Shown here: positions 13,791 to 26,772 of the stretch, piece by piece
How the letters are laid out: every line of letters begins with the position of its first letter
Numbering within the stretch: position 1 is the first letter of the stretch
Source of the DNA: the human T2T-CHM13v2.0 reference genome, Homo sapiens
Assembly (NCBI RefSeq): GCF_009914755.1
Contig: NC_060947.1
DNA length: 64,000 bases
Strand: one strand, 5' to 3'
Position numbers and translations under genes: made by a program
The notes under the pieces: generated by a model
Database searches by the model: none
What the model was told of the DNA's origin: nothing
Seen by the model: only the letters and a program-made list of their open reading frames with translations

Positions 13791-14409
13791 CATTGTTATT
13801 TATTATTGTTATCCAATTTATTATCCATAAATTGGATGCAAGGAAAATAATTTCCATTTAGCTATTATTTGACATCTTACTGAAATTAAGCTGATGGCCA
13901 GTTGAAGAAAGAACCAACAAAATTGCCCAATATATTCCAGGGCCTGAGGCAAGAGTATACATGGAGGTTTACAAACAATATGAATAAATATTTACAAGTT
14001 ATAAATTAAGCTAACTGTTTAGCAAAATATCTTCTTGACAAGATATAGTTTCATAAAGACCTGGAAGATCAGATTCTGGCTCAGAACTCTCAGATTCTTT
14101 AGAATTATGTATCGTATGTGGCAATTCCAGGAGAACCATCCATAATCTGTCTCTCGTCTCTTCCCATCCCTGTTTTTTGTGAACTATACATCAAGGAGTC
14201 TTGAATGCAGGTGTGTTGACACCTCAGTTTGCATGTCAAAGCTATGTCCACACTTTCACCTTTGCATTCGGCTACCTCTTGGCTAAACCTCAAACCTAGG
14301 GTTATACACACTACCAGATTTTCTACCTTAGTTGGATGGATCCAGGGAAAAAGCTCAGGTAAGTTTTAAACTCAGAGCCATTTGGGCAGATAATGTCTTG
14401 GATTTCATA

Positions 14410-15508
14410 TTTAGGGGAGGAAAGGATTTTCTCTATTGCTCTACTCTCTGAGGTTTTGATAACTGCATCTATGAAATAACCTGAAAGAGACAAATTAACA
14501 GCAGAAAAGGCATACAAATGTATTCTATGCACAGGGGCATCACAGCAAAAAAAAAAAAAAAAAAAAAAAGTGAAAATCCCAAAATCCAGTGAGATGTAGA
14601 AGCTTATATATACTCTTCATAGGGGAGAGGAGATATAGGGAGCTTAGAGGAGAATATATGATTTCAGAAAAGATGAATGGGGCTTTAGGAGAAGATATTG
14701 AGAGAGGAGAAAAGAAAAAACTGGTCAGGCAGACAGTTAGGGTGGGTCCTTAGTTGAATTCTTTCAAATAAAAACACAGCCTGAAAAATCAAGTTGCAGG
14801 AACACATAAAGGAACTTGCCCAGGGGGCTTGGCTAAGACATCCCCACAGCCACACAGATGAGAAAGTCTACAGAGGAGACTTGCAAAGACATGCCAACAA
14901 TGGAAAATTCCAACCCCTGACACATTTGCAGTAAGGAGAACAAAGGAAGATGGAATAACTCAAGTTAAGGGCCTGCATGCACACTAGGAGGATGGGGCAG
15001 AACTACCAGTAATGCACACCTTATACAAATGAGATGCCCAGCCCCTCTGTTGGTTTCTTATAAAAGCCTCTATATCCAAAGTGTGAATCAGCAACCCATT
15101 TTTCTGGGACCCCTCTCTGTACCAGGGAGCTATTCTCTTTCTTTCATCTATTAAATTTCTGCTCTAAACTTCACCCTTTGTGTGTCCACATCCTTGATCT
15201 CCATGGCTGTGAGATATTGAAGCCTGGGTGTTACCCCAGATGACGAGGCTGCTTCAATATGACAGTTTGCATCAGTTTATCTGAGTGTGATGCCAACTTC
15301 TAGTTTTACTCTCCTGTGATGAGAGTAAAACTCCTGTTTAACAAAACCCCTGGGGAGAGAATGGGTGACAATTGAGTATTTATTGGAGGATTTGTCTCTG
15401 GACAGACAAGGCTTCTTCTGGCTACTACTGCCCCCAAAGTACCCTCAGTTCAAAGTAAGTAGCATACAAAAATGACATATTTTTGTGACATTTCCTGGCT
15501 TCTTTATA
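14410..15508 (-). mobile_element. MER34-like ERV1 LTR interrupted by a younger LTR
   Basis: aaattaacagcagaaaaggcatacaaat at left and aaaatgacatattttt at right resemble antisense MER34-group LTR. Confidence 0.6.
14699..15256 (+). mobile_element. Solo ERV1 LTR (MER4-group; subfamily uncertain)
   Basis: TG...CA ends, 4-bp TSD ATAT (14695-14698, 15257-15260), TATA-like ttataaaa and attaaa signal. Confidence 0.85.
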
Positions 15509-15641
15509 GTAGAGAGTGGTCTAAGAAACAGGTAGAGGCTAGAGACCCAGGTGCACATGTTCACTTGACCTGTGGTCTCTTCATGCTGTGGAAAGTGATG
15601 TAGCCATAAAATATACAGAGTGGGTTCCTCTAAAGCAGGGC

Positions 15642-16785
15642 TGAGGACATAGCACCCCAAAATGTGACTGCAGGAGACTAAAACGTGCAACCCCAAAATA
15701 TACATTGATAAATAAAAATAAAATTCTATACCCCTAACTGACTAAACAGACCCTCTCTTGGCCACAGAAACCTCAGAGAAACCTTGGAAGGTGAGTTCCT
15801 AGCCATGACAGGATGGGAGATTAGATACACTTCATTATACCCCTTCCTTCTCTAACAGCCATTAGGCTTTCTTCCCTAAGAATTAAACAGAAACTAGCCC
15901 TTTCAAAAAACTACTAGCTTATATTTGCAGGTACAGAACAATGACAAGATTAGATTAATCATTTCTTCATCTTTCCCTGAGACTAGATGAGATTAATCAT
16001 TCTTACACCTCTCTGTGAGAAGTCTACTTCCCCTAATCCCTTTTCCTTCAAATGTTCACCTTATCTTAGGTAAAATGTGGGTTTACTGGACACTAACTGA
16101 AGTCTTACAAGTATGTGATCATTTTTTCTCACTGCTGCCCCCTGCTTTGAAAAATAACGTAAAAATGCAAAACCTCCTGAGAATGTCTTTTGGAAAAACA
16201 GTCACCAATGCTTCTGTAACTTGCGTTTTTCCTAGGTGCAGCCTCAAGCTGGCTTAATAAACACTCATTTGAGACTTATGCCTCAATCACTCATTTTGGT
16301 TGTCAACCTCTTTGCCATATTATTATTTTCATCTGCTTATTTTGAGAGACTGCAGACACAGTAGTAGATCTGAAAAGCTGCCTTTTTATGAAAAAAATTT
16401 ACATCTATAAACAGAATTGTTACTAGTAAGAATATCTGTGTCAAGAAGAGAGCTCCTCTAAGACCATCTTTATTACCTGAAGGACTTTTATCTGCACAAA
16501 AAGGCAACCTTTGTTTGCCATACATTCCTCTTCTAATCCTCCTAAAATTTGTCGTCACCACTCCCAGAAGCCGCATGCCCCTATGTTTTTCTATAGCTCA
16601 GGATGCTATACAAGTCCTGATCATCTGTCCTTTCTTTAAGTTTCATATTTCTGTGGGATTCTTGTGAATGTGCATGTAATTAAAAAGGTATTTTTTTCTC
16701 TTCATCGGTCTTATGCTAATTTAATTTATAGCCAAGCCAAATAACTTAAATGGGTGGAGGCATGCTATTTTTTTCCTTCACTACA
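15642..16785 (+). mobile_element. MER34-like ERV1 LTR interrupted by a MER4-type LTR
   Basis: TG...CA ends, TSD GGGC; ccccaaaatgtgactgcaggagac motif shared with 61800-61830. Confidence 0.75.
15706..16305 (+). mobile_element. MER4-type (MER4B/D/E-like) solo LTR
   Basis: tgataaataaaaataaaattcta...ggttgtca; aataaa; near-TSD acat/acct. Confidence 0.7.
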
Positions 16786-16844
16786 GGGCCCAGGGCATGG
16801 GACTTTCTCTCTGGGGCCTAACAGAGGTACCAAGCAACTAATTT

Positions 16845-17418
16845 TGTTACCAGAAAAGGGTGCTGATTCAGACCCCAAGAGAGGGTTCTTGGATCTCGTG
16901 CAAGAAAGAATTCAGGGCAAGTTTGCAGAATAAAGTGAAAGCAAGTTTATTAGGAAAATAAAGGAATAAAGAATGGCTACTCCAGGGTTGCTGGTTGCCC
17001 ATTTTTGTGGTTATTGTTTGATTACATACTAAACAAGCAGTACATTTTTCAGGAGTTTCTGGGAAAGGGGTGGGCATTTCCCTGGAGTTGAGGGTTCCTC
17101 CTCTTTTTAGTCCATGTCGGGTAACTTTCTGATGTTGCCATGGCACTTGTAAACTCTCATGGCACTCGTGGGGTAGCAGTGAGGATGACCAGAGGTCACT
17201 CTCTTGGCCATCTTGGTTTTTATGGGTTTTAGCTAGCTTCTTTACTGCAACCTGTTGTATCAGCAAGGTCTTTATTACCTGTATTTTGTGCTGACCTCCT
17301 ATCTCATCCTGGGACTTAGAATGCCTAACCATCTAGGAATGTAGCCCAGTAGATCTTAGCCTTATTTTACCCAGCCCCTATTCAAGATGGAGTTGCTCTG
17401 GTTTAATCGCCTTTGACA
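16845..17418 (-). mobile_element. MER41B-type solo LTR
   Basis: TG...CA ends, TSD ATTT; homologous to 11430-11985 plus the extra GAS-containing segment. Confidence 0.9.
17057..17065. promoter_or_regulatory. GAS (STAT1) motif TTCTGGGAA in MER41B
   Basis: Matches TTCN3GAA; the partner site at 17078-17086 is degenerate (TTCCCTGGA). Confidence 0.55.
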
Positions 17419-17689
17419 ATTTCCTAGAAAAGCCCTTAATCACATCATATTATATCCAAAAATTGCTTAAGCATTTTATACAAAATAGTTGTTCATTTTT
17501 CAGAGTTTGTAAATTATACTATACGAAAATATTCTGTTACATGCTAGATTTATAATAATGTTATTTATTGGAGCAGTGGTAGCCTTCATTCTCTCCCCTT
17601 AACATACACATGCAAAATTATGAATGCACCTAGTAGGCTTTGTGAGAATTCCCATAATGAACAACTTTAAAACTACTGATCCGTTATAA

Positions 17690-17830
17690 AGGGTATAAAC
17701 TTTGAAAATCAGCCCTGAATTCAAATGTAGTTCAGTGATTGTCTTTTTTTGCAAACTCGGACAAGTTATTTAACCTCTTGGAATTCAATTTCATTGTTTA
17801 TCACACAGGAATAACTTTAAATGCTTTTCA
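17690..17830 (+). mobile_element. MIR fragment
   Basis: cctgaattcaaat...ggacaagttatttaacctct MIR core. Confidence 0.6.
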
Positions 17831-18581
17831 ACATTTCAGGAGAACAAAAAGATTGTGCAGATTTGCTTTCAGTTACCAGGTATCCACTTCCTGAGAATTT
17901 AAGTAATACAAGGATTCAAGTTATAGAGCACAGTGTTTTGAGAACATTCGAGAGGAGGTTCTATAAAGCAAAACAAGTTCCACAAATTGAAATGGCAAAG
18001 AATAGACTCCAGTGTACGTATCAAGGTCTGTGAAAGACCAGGGTGGAAATCTGTTTAACATTACCTGGTAGTCTAATTATATTTATGTACCTGGCATGCT
18101 TTAATTGGATTTGAGAATCTATGTATTCTGTAATAGATGTTAAGTATATTTTTAAGGACAAAAATGGTAAGCATATATGAATCCTAAGGACTAAATTTAG
18201 GCTTTAATTTTGTCATGAGAGATAATGAGAAAGATCACCTGAAGAACAAGACAATTAGGTTATCTTTTTAAGAATTAGTAGACAATGGCTTTCAATGGCA
18301 CCATCTGTTTTTACTAATCCTTTTACAGTTCATAGAGAAGAGTTGAGAGTAAGGGTGAGAAAAAACATGTGTGACTCGAAACAAAAGAACAAAGGCAGCA
18401 GTGAAACCAGCAAAATATGGACAAATGCTGACTTTGAAATAAAAACATAGTATTTATAAAGAGCTGGGGTTGGTGGATTTATGACATAATTTGAAGAAGC
18501 TATTCATGTCATCCTCCGCTCCAAAAAATTTGAAATTTTCCAAGAGAAACACAATCATTTAGATTGACATAGTCCTCTTTA

Positions 18582-18872
18582 AGGAGGTTGAGGGGGGAAG
18601 ATCACTTGAAGCTAAGAGTTCAAGACCTACCTGGGCAAGAAAGTGAGACTTCATCTTCACAAAAAACAGAAAGAAAAGAAATTAGCCAGGTGCAGTGGCA
18701 TGTGCCTGTAGTCCCAGATCCTGGAGAGGCTGAAGTAAGCGAATTGCTTGAGCTCAAGAGTTCAAGGGTGCAGTGAGCTATGATCACACTACTGAACTCC
18801 AGCCTGGGTGACAAAGTGAGTCTCTGTCTCTAAAATCATCATCATCACCATCCTCCTCATCATCATCATGAT
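18582..18872 (+). mobile_element. 5'-truncated AluJ with an (ATC)n tail
   Basis: Alu body followed by catcatcatcaccatcctcctcatcatcatcat. Confidence 0.85.
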
Positions 18873-19111
18873 AAATAAAAAGCCTAGTTCTGTATATGGC
18901 AAAAAATTAGCTTCCCTGACCCTTTGTATATAAAATTATATTATATAATATTATTTTCAGCTACAATTGAATATAGTTGTATATTATAAATATTGCATAC
19001 ATGTTACATATTTTGAATATTTTATAAATATTTTATGCATTTATTAAATCAGATTAATTATCAAGCTACAAGTAAAGTCAGTGGATTAAAATAGAAAGTT
19101 GTTTTGGGGGA

Positions 19112-19509
19112 GGTTTTACTTCATTTGCATTGCTATAAAAGAATATATGAGGCTAGGAAATTTACAAAGAGGTTTATTTGGCTTATGGTTCTGCAGGCAG
19201 TACGAGAAACATGGCACCAGCATCTGCTTCTGGTGAGGGACCCAGGGAGCTTTCAATTATGGCAGAGGGAAAGAGGAGCAGGCGTGTCACATGGCAAGAG
19301 GGAGCAAGGGAGAGGAGGTGCCAGGATCTTTTTAACAATCAATTCTTGCACAAACTATGAACTCACTTGTTACTGTGAGGATGGCGCCAAGTAATTCATG
19401 AGGGATCTGCCCCGATAACCCAAACACTTCCCCCCTAAGCCCCACCTTTAACATTTTGGATTAAATTTTTACATGAAACTTGGAGGGGACAAATATCCGA
19501 ACTATATCA
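19112..19509 (-). mobile_element. MST (MSTB-like) MaLR solo LTR
   Basis: catttgcattgctataaa...ttggaggggacaaatatccgaactatatca. Confidence 0.85.
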
Positions 19510-20489
19510 GGGTGAAAGGTCTGAGAAGGAAGAGCCTGCAGTTGGTAAGGCTGGTTTGGCTGAGTTAACTCTGGCCAATGAAGAGTTCTAGGTAGCTGAA
19601 AAGTACTTGTGGCCTGAAGAGCAGTCAAAAGAAGGAACATAAATATATGCTTAGGTAGATGGTGAAAGAAAGGTTATTACTATGAGTCAAAACTACTTAA
19701 TAAATCCATCTGGCACTCTCCCCTCAATTTTCTACAGCAAAGGCCAAGATCTATTTGCAATTTTAAATGAGATTTTTACTAAAGTCTTTGTTGTAATGGA
19801 ATGGAATCATGGCACATAGAAACTTAAAGCTGAATGGACCTTTCTTAGAGTCTACAGATCTAACAACCTTAACTACCTCACCTTTATCTCTTGTGAATAC
19901 CCTTGATCATGTCTCCCCTGCCTCAAGTCTTGCTCTCTGCAACTATAAATTCCAAAGAAAGTTAAGCTAATTTTCAAAATTGCAATATTATTATGCAAAG
20001 CAATTTAGCTTTATTTTCCCATGTCATATTAGAATCTAGATTTAGCTTGGTACAAACAAAAGATGCGGTAAATGATTCTCCATTACAAAGGACAGCAATC
20101 TATCATCGAGAGTAATTTGCCTTTATATTGGCAAACATTGGCAGGAATTTTTAAAATAGCAGTTTTTCCTCTCTACTAGCAGGTAACTTAAAAAAAAATG
20201 TGGTTCAGTTTCAACTATAGTACCTTGCAATACTCTGTTACATTTGCTTAACAAATAAAGAAACAACTTATAAGAATGTAATTTACCTTAATTTAATTCA
20301 ACAAAAATTTATTGAACACCCAAATTATGAAACTAACACATGGTAAAACTGAAACAAGAACTGGGTCTTCTGATTCGTCATCCAGATATCTTTTTTTTCC
20401 ACCCTACATTGACAGTTAAAATAAAAATACTGTTTTCAACATAATAATTCAATCGTCCATTTGACTATTCCAATTGACCTATGTTGCCA

Positions 20490-21385
20490 ACTAAATTATA
20501 TTCTGTTGAATATATTTTCACATGTGTATTTGTCTTCTATATATTCTCTTTGGTACAATGTCTCTCTGTGTCTTTGGCCCATTTTCTAATTGGATTGTTT
20601 GGCCTACTTCTGTGGGTTGTGCTTCTATTGGAAGTCAAATTTTTGGAGCCTTTATGATGTTTCTTTATTCTGATTGAATTATCTGGTGTTGCTGAGGCTT
20701 CCAGTTGTTCTTTGCTGATGCTGCATGACAGACTAAAGCAGACTAATTAGACAGGGCAGTCTGGTACCTCTAGGAGGGGGAAGGAAGCCTCCAGCCTACA
20801 CTGCAGAAGAGTGTTTCTCTGTCTGAGTGCTTATTATTTCAAGATTCTTTTTGTGTGGAACAGAAACCACTTCTGAGCATGGGTGGCTTGTTGAGACAGG
20901 ATCCCCTTATCCCCTTGGTCAGTTCCATAAGCTTGTCTCTGTCTCTGTATCTCCAAGCAGGGGTAAAATATCTCAGGCACAATGATAATGATAATGACTA
21001 CAATGAGAAAGGAGGGCATTTCCCTGGCAGCTTATTGTCCCTATTGATCCTCCTTTTAGGTGGTGCAATCTGGCCTTCTTGTTTGGACTACCATTCAGTC
21101 CATGGGAGTAGTTAGCCTACCTGGTCTGTCCTTTCTTGCTTGGTTTGGTGTCAGGAAATGCTGGCCTGTATGCTTCTCTTCAGTTGGTTTTGTAGAGGGG
21201 GAACATAAGAAGCCCTGCCCCTATGTTCTTCCAGTTCTTAGGTCCCCAAGTTCACACTTCTCTTACCATCTTTCAGAGTTCTTCTTTGTTTGTCTCGTCT
21301 GTTAATTCCAGGATTTATAGTTGTACTCAGCAGGGAGGAGGAGGACAAGAGGAGCTATGCTATCTTATCTAGACAGGAAATCCTA
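20490..21385 (-). mobile_element. Ancient L1M/HAL1 fragments
   Basis: ctttggcccattttctaattggattgttt (ORF2-like) and tttatagttgtactcagcagggagg (5'-end-like). Confidence 0.5.
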
Positions 21386-21565
21386 TACAGTACTTTACTT
21401 CTCAAACAATGTTTGCCTCATTATTCCAAATTTATAATAGGTGTTTATTGACATCCTAAAATTATATAGTTCTGGTAACTTTTTACTGGGAATCTGACAA
21501 TATATTACTCTTGTCACCATCTTTTGTTTCATTGCCTTCCATGGCCCATTAATTTACTGAACTTT

Positions 21566-21642
21566 AAATATATATGTATACATAAATATATACATATATA
21601 CATAAATATATACATATATATACATATAATATGTATATATGT
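21566..21642. repeat. (TA/CA)-rich microsatellite
   Basis: tatatacata repeats. Confidence 0.9.
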
Positions 21643-21826
21643 TTTGTTTATTGTGATCAAGTTCAAAACCTGCCTGTTTTTGAAACTTGTCCATGAGTCA
21701 CACAGATTCCTATAAAATCCCACAGATTCCTATTTCCTTTGTATATCCAAAAATTAATTATAGCCAGTCTTATAATAAGTGTTAATCGTATCTTCCTTAT
21801 TCTTAAGAGTGGTCATCTTTCTAGAG

Positions 21827-22065
21827 CAGCGTTTCTCAACTGGGAATTATTTTGCTTCTTTCCCACCCCACCCCCACAATATCCAAGAGATATTTGGAAA
21901 TTTTTGGAGGTTGATTTTTTTTTCTAACTTTGAGCCCAGTACTAGTGCATCTAGTGTGTTAAGGTCAGTGAGGCTGATAAATGTCTTACTATACAAAGGA
22001 CAGACCCCCACAATAAAGACTTACCTGCTCCAAAATTTTAAAAGTGCTGAGGTTGACAAACCCTG
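21827..22065 (+). mobile_element. MER20 hAT-Charlie DNA transposon
   Basis: Terminal inverted repeats cagcgtttctcaac / gttgacaaaccctg. Confidence 0.85.
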
Positions 22066-22199
22066 TTCCATTTGCTAGCACAATACTTCTCCATCGTTTG
22101 TCAGAAACAAACAAGAAAACTACTTTAGTAACCCCATTTTTCTATGAAATAGAAAATGTGTTACTTTTTTTTCAGTATTTTCTTTCTCCATTCTCCCTG

Positions 22200-23078
22200 T
22201 TCTAAAGGGCTAAATCTTTCTACTTAGCCCTTTAGACATGCGAATATAATATTTACTTTCCCTTCCCCAGGCACTCCCCACAGGGCAAGTTCATCTGTCT
22301 ATGCCTCCAACATGAAATGCCTACCCACCAGGAGGTTGCTTTGAGAGATAACAATCAATTTTTAGAACAAAGGATGTGTTCTACAGAACTCACACCCACC
22401 AGGAAGTTGCCTCAAAAGATGACAGTCCCTAACAGGGACATGGATGCAGCTGGAAACCATCATACTGAGCATACTATAGCAAGGACAGAAAACCAAACAC
22501 CGCGTGTTCTCACTCCTAGGTGGGAATTGAACAATGAGAACACTTGGACACAGGAAGGGGAACATCACACACCGGGGCCTCTCATGAGGTTGGGGAGGGG
22601 GGAGGGATAGCATTAGGAGATATACCTAACGTAAATGACGAGTTAATGGGTGCAGCACACCAACATGGCACGTGTATACATATGTAACGAGTTGTGCACA
22701 TGTACCCTAGAACTTAAAGTATAATAATAAAAAAATTTTTTTTAAAAAAAGATAATAGTCAAAAGCATGCCTGCTACTATCTCTCTCCTGGAGAGATATT
22801 GGTGACCTTTACAACCTATTTCTACCCATGAAGACGCCAGCCTCACTGCCCAGTACGTAATGCACCAAGGTAGCATGCAGATTCCCCAACCTTGCTCACT
22901 TCCTCTCCTGACTTTTAAAAATTTCCATGTTCTGCTTCAAAAGTGAAGGGTATCCTTAAAGGCAAGAAATCTGTACCTCTTCCCCTAAACTAACTTTGGA
23001 ATAAGTCACTTTCTTTGTACAAGACCTCTCTCTTGTTAATTAGACAGCGCTGAGTGTGTAGACCTGCTTTCAGTTCCA
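22200..23078 (+). mobile_element. Old ERV1 LTR (subfamily uncertain) interrupted by L1PA5
   Basis: Repeated cccaccagga(g/a)gttgc; LTR-like end ggaataagtcactttcttt...cttgttaattagac. Confidence 0.5.
22428..22746 (+). mobile_element. 5'-truncated L1PA5-like 3' end
   Basis: L1PA 3'UTR with gtaaatgacgag and cctagaac; TSD aaaagatgacagtc / aaaagataatagtc. Confidence 0.9.
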
Positions 23079-23404
23079 AATCAACTTGTTTTTCCTAATA
23101 GGCAAGAACTATTTACAGTCCCACATTTTCAAAGACAGTCTGGACATCTCCACTTGACTGTTTTCAAATTTGCCAAACTAATTATGTGCAAAACAAAACT
23201 TACTACTTTCCCCAATTCTTTACCCATTTTAAAAGAGTTAACTTTATCATAATCTCCTTAGTCTTTTAAATTAGAAATTAGAGAGCCAAATTCGAATTCT
23301 CTTGTCTCTAAAGCCTCACATTTAATTAGCTAATAAAATTGGTCATTTTATGATACAACCATAAAGCAATTTTAATTGCCCTTTGAAGTTTTTGACCTAA
23401 ATAT

Positions 23405-23720
23405 GTAGGGCCTTTGCACATGCCCTTTCTTGTTCATAAAATTTTACTTCCACCAACTTTCTTAACATAAAATTTTCCAACTTATGATTTAAGAACCAGA
23501 TCGAGTACAATGTGCATAGGACCATTCTTGGACTCCTCTTCTTCTGAGCTTTCACAGCATTCCTATAACGCACTTCATGTTTTATTTATTCCAACATCTC
23601 CCATGCTAAGAAGTCAGATTCTGGGGAAAAAAAACCATAATTATTATTCATCTTTGTATCTCTAGTACCTACTGTGGTGCCCAGAAAAAGGATGCTGACT
23701 TACTGAGTAAATGAATTAAC
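23405..23720 (+). mobile_element. L2 3' end
   Basis: gggcctttgcacatgc...catctttgtatctctagtacct...gagtaaatgaat. Confidence 0.7.
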
Positions 23721-24809
23721 AGGTAGGTAATTGGACATATGTATGAATGTAGACAAATTAACACAATTCAAATTGGAGTTTATAATAGAATCCTTTGTCA
23801 ATGCCAATGTTAAAAAGCCTTCCGAATTGCATTTGCTATCACAAAAAATATATAAATTATAAATTAAAAATAGATGTAAAAAAGTTAAAATATTGTTTCA
23901 ATATATTGACATTTCCATCAAAGTATAAACTTTGTGAATTTTGATCTGTCAAATGTGCCCTAAGATGTTTCTCTAATCACATATGAACAAACACTACACT
24001 ATATAGGCCACTCACAATAAGATTCATAAATAAATAAGTAATGGATATTTTAAAATTGTAAATTTTTGCACATCAAATTCAACTCAAGCAGAGGTAGTCA
24101 TGACTACAGAATTTGACATAAACTAATATTAAAAATTTCTGTTTGCTACTACAAATGTGTTGAATGTATTCTTCTTATAGAGTGATTAAAGATAACTTTT
24201 GGTTTTATTTGATGTTCTTTAAAGGTTAATCGTGATACATTTTATATAAAACATATTTTCTATATATTTTTTCTAAAATTATATTAAGGCAGCCTAGTGA
24301 TTTGCTAATGTATTAATGTTTATACTTTAAATAATATGAGTGCTTCTTTTCCCATATCTAAATGTTAGAAATGTGCATTCAGGCAAAGGAAAAAATGTCC
24401 ATAATTTACTCCTCAAATTTACATCCCATTTTATTGTCTCCTTAGCCATAAAGTGTTCTGCAACCTATTTTTCAGAAAACATTATATTCTCCTTAGTGAA
24501 AGGGACATAATTTGAACTATAATAAGAAAATAGAAACAATTGTAAATCATTTTCAGATTATAAAAGTTTACTAATGCTAGCCTATGGTTGCCAGCATTCA
24601 GACCACTTGTTTACTCATACTCTTTACATTGGATGGTAGGTAGGAAAAAAAAGACTTAAAATTGAAACTTGTCATTTATCTTTGTTACTAATCTTCTAAA
24701 AGTGTTTCTGAAAGAAAATATCAATATATTTAATTAAGTTTCAAATTACCTATTAAATTTAGTTATTCCTATGTCCTAAACCATGCCTAATGAATTGAGA
24801 ATAACAAAA

Positions 24810-25542
24810 ATGAAGAAATTCAGAAAATGCCACCATAAAATATGATTTGGTATGTTTATTACTTTGAACTAAGTTCACTTGGGGAACAGGTAATGCAGGC
24901 AGAGGCTTTCTCAGAGCTCCGCTTGTCTACTTAAAGATAGATCTTCCAAAAAGAACTTGATTGTCATGAATCCCCTCCACAGAAATCTTGTCAACCAGGG
25001 AAGATAAATTTGGATCAAAGGAGACAAGACTATAGTGACTTCAGGCCTAGACAGACTCTCACTTGTTCTTCTGAGAGCTGCTTCAAGAGAGGTTTTATTA
25101 CCTGAGAGACTTTTTATTCACATAACAAGACAACTTTTATTCACCATGCATTTCCTTCCCTTATCCTCCTGTAACTTGTTGCCACCACCACCCAGAATCC
25201 CCAAGCCCCTATACTTCTCTGTAGGTCAAGATGCTATATAAATATCAGTGATCTGACCCTTGAGTCTCATATTTTGTAAGACAGCAATGCAGATATATGT
25301 AATTAAATATGTTTTTTCCTCCTGTTAATCTGTCTTATGTCAATTTAATTCATAGTCTAGTCAAAAGAACTAGAAGGGTGAAGAAAAGTCATTATTTCTA
25401 ATAAAGATGGGGTTGTGCTGTTTCCCAGGCTGGTCTGAAATGCCTGGACTCAAGCCATTCTCCCATCTCAACCTTGCAAAGTTCTGTGGTTACAGGTTTG
25501 AGTCTGTGAGCTTGGCCAAAAGTCATTTTTTGCTACCCTACA
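24810..25542 (+). mobile_element. MER34-group ERV1 LTR
   Basis: Homologous to 16450-16785; ends ccctaca. Confidence 0.7.
25394..25517 (-). mobile_element. FLAM-type Alu monomer
   Basis: Antisense left monomer; TSD aaaagtcatt at 25384-25393 and 25518-25527. Confidence 0.8.
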
Positions 25543-25813
25543 AAGACTTACCAAAAAATGACTTTTCAAAGCATAACTTCTGATTATTCAAACCTTAAAG
25601 AAAAATATTGACTAATTAGAGATATCAGTCATTCAATTAAAGTATTTCTATTTTAAATTAATAGGGAAAACAGTCTTAAATGACTAATTATTCATGATGT
25701 TTAGTGGTACACTTCCTACTTTATTTATAGAATTTTCTATATAACTTTCTATGAATGTGAATGTATTAATTTATTCATTTATTATTCCTACATTTATAAA
25801 GTACTTGTTATAT

Positions 25814-26772
25814 TGTTGCAGGAAGTCAGCGACCCTGAATGGAGAGACCAGCTGGAGCCGCAGCAGAGGAACATAAACTATGAAGATTTCATGGACATTT
25901 ATCACTTCCCTAATAATACTCTTATAATTTCTTATGCCTGTCTTTAATCTCTTAATCCCGTTATCTTCATAAGCTGAGAATGTACATCACCTCAGGACCA
26001 CTATTGTGCAAACTGATTGTAAAACATGTGTGTTTGAAAAGTATGAAATCAGTGCACCTTGAAAGACAACAGAACAACAGCGATTTTATGGAACAAGCGA
26101 AGATAACCATAAGGTCTGACTGCCTGTGGGGTCAGGTAGAATAGAGCCATATTTTTCTTCTTGCAGAGAGCCTATAAACGGATGTGCAAGTAGGAGAGAT
26201 ATGGCTGAATTCTTTTCCCAGCAAGGAATACCCTGGGGAAAGAATGCATTCCTGGGGGGAGATCTATAAATGGCCGCTCTGGGAGTGTCTGTCTAATGTG
26301 GTTGAGATAAGGACTGAAATACGCCCTGGTCTCCTGCAGTACCCTCAGGCTCACTAGGGTGGGGAAAAACCCCACCCTGGTGAAATTGAGGTCAGATAGG
26401 TTCTCTGCTCTCAAACTCTGTTTTCTGTTAAGATGTTTATCAACATAATATGTGCACAGCAGGACATACACCTGCATCAGTAATTCTAATTTTGCCCTTG
26501 CCTTGTGATCTTTATTGCCCTTTGAAGCATGTGATCTTTGTGACCTACTCCCTGTTCGTACACTTCCTCCTCTTTTGAAATCCCTAATAAAAACTTGCTG
26601 GTTTTGTGGCTCAGGGGACATCACGGACCTACGGATATGTGATGTCACCCCTGGAGGCCCAGCTGTAAAATTCCTCTCTTTGTACTCTTTCTCTGTATTT
26701 CTCAGACTGGCCGACACTTAGGGAAAATAGAAAGAACCTACGTTGAAATATTGGGGGCTGGTTCCCCCAATA
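25814..26772 (+). mobile_element. MER11 (HERV-K11/HML-8) solo LTR
   Basis: Starts tgttgcaggaagtcagcgacc, ends ggttcccccaata; 6-bp TSD TTATAT as expected for betaretroviruses. Confidence 0.9.

Larger units (their letters stand above)
13938..16830. mobile_element. MER115-like hAT-Tip100 DNA transposon split into three pieces (13938-14409, 15509-15641, 16786-16830)
   Basis: gaggcaagagtatacatggagg...aagttataaattaagctaac; reads through ctctaaagcagggc / gggcccagggca across the nested LTR. Confidence 0.6.

Noticed and set aside
17821-18033. 70-aa ATG ORF or possible exon in unique-looking DNA
   Set aside because: No homology recognised and only weak splice donors
26172-26717. 181-aa ORF
   Set aside because: Antisense frame inside the MER11 LTR, not a retroviral gene
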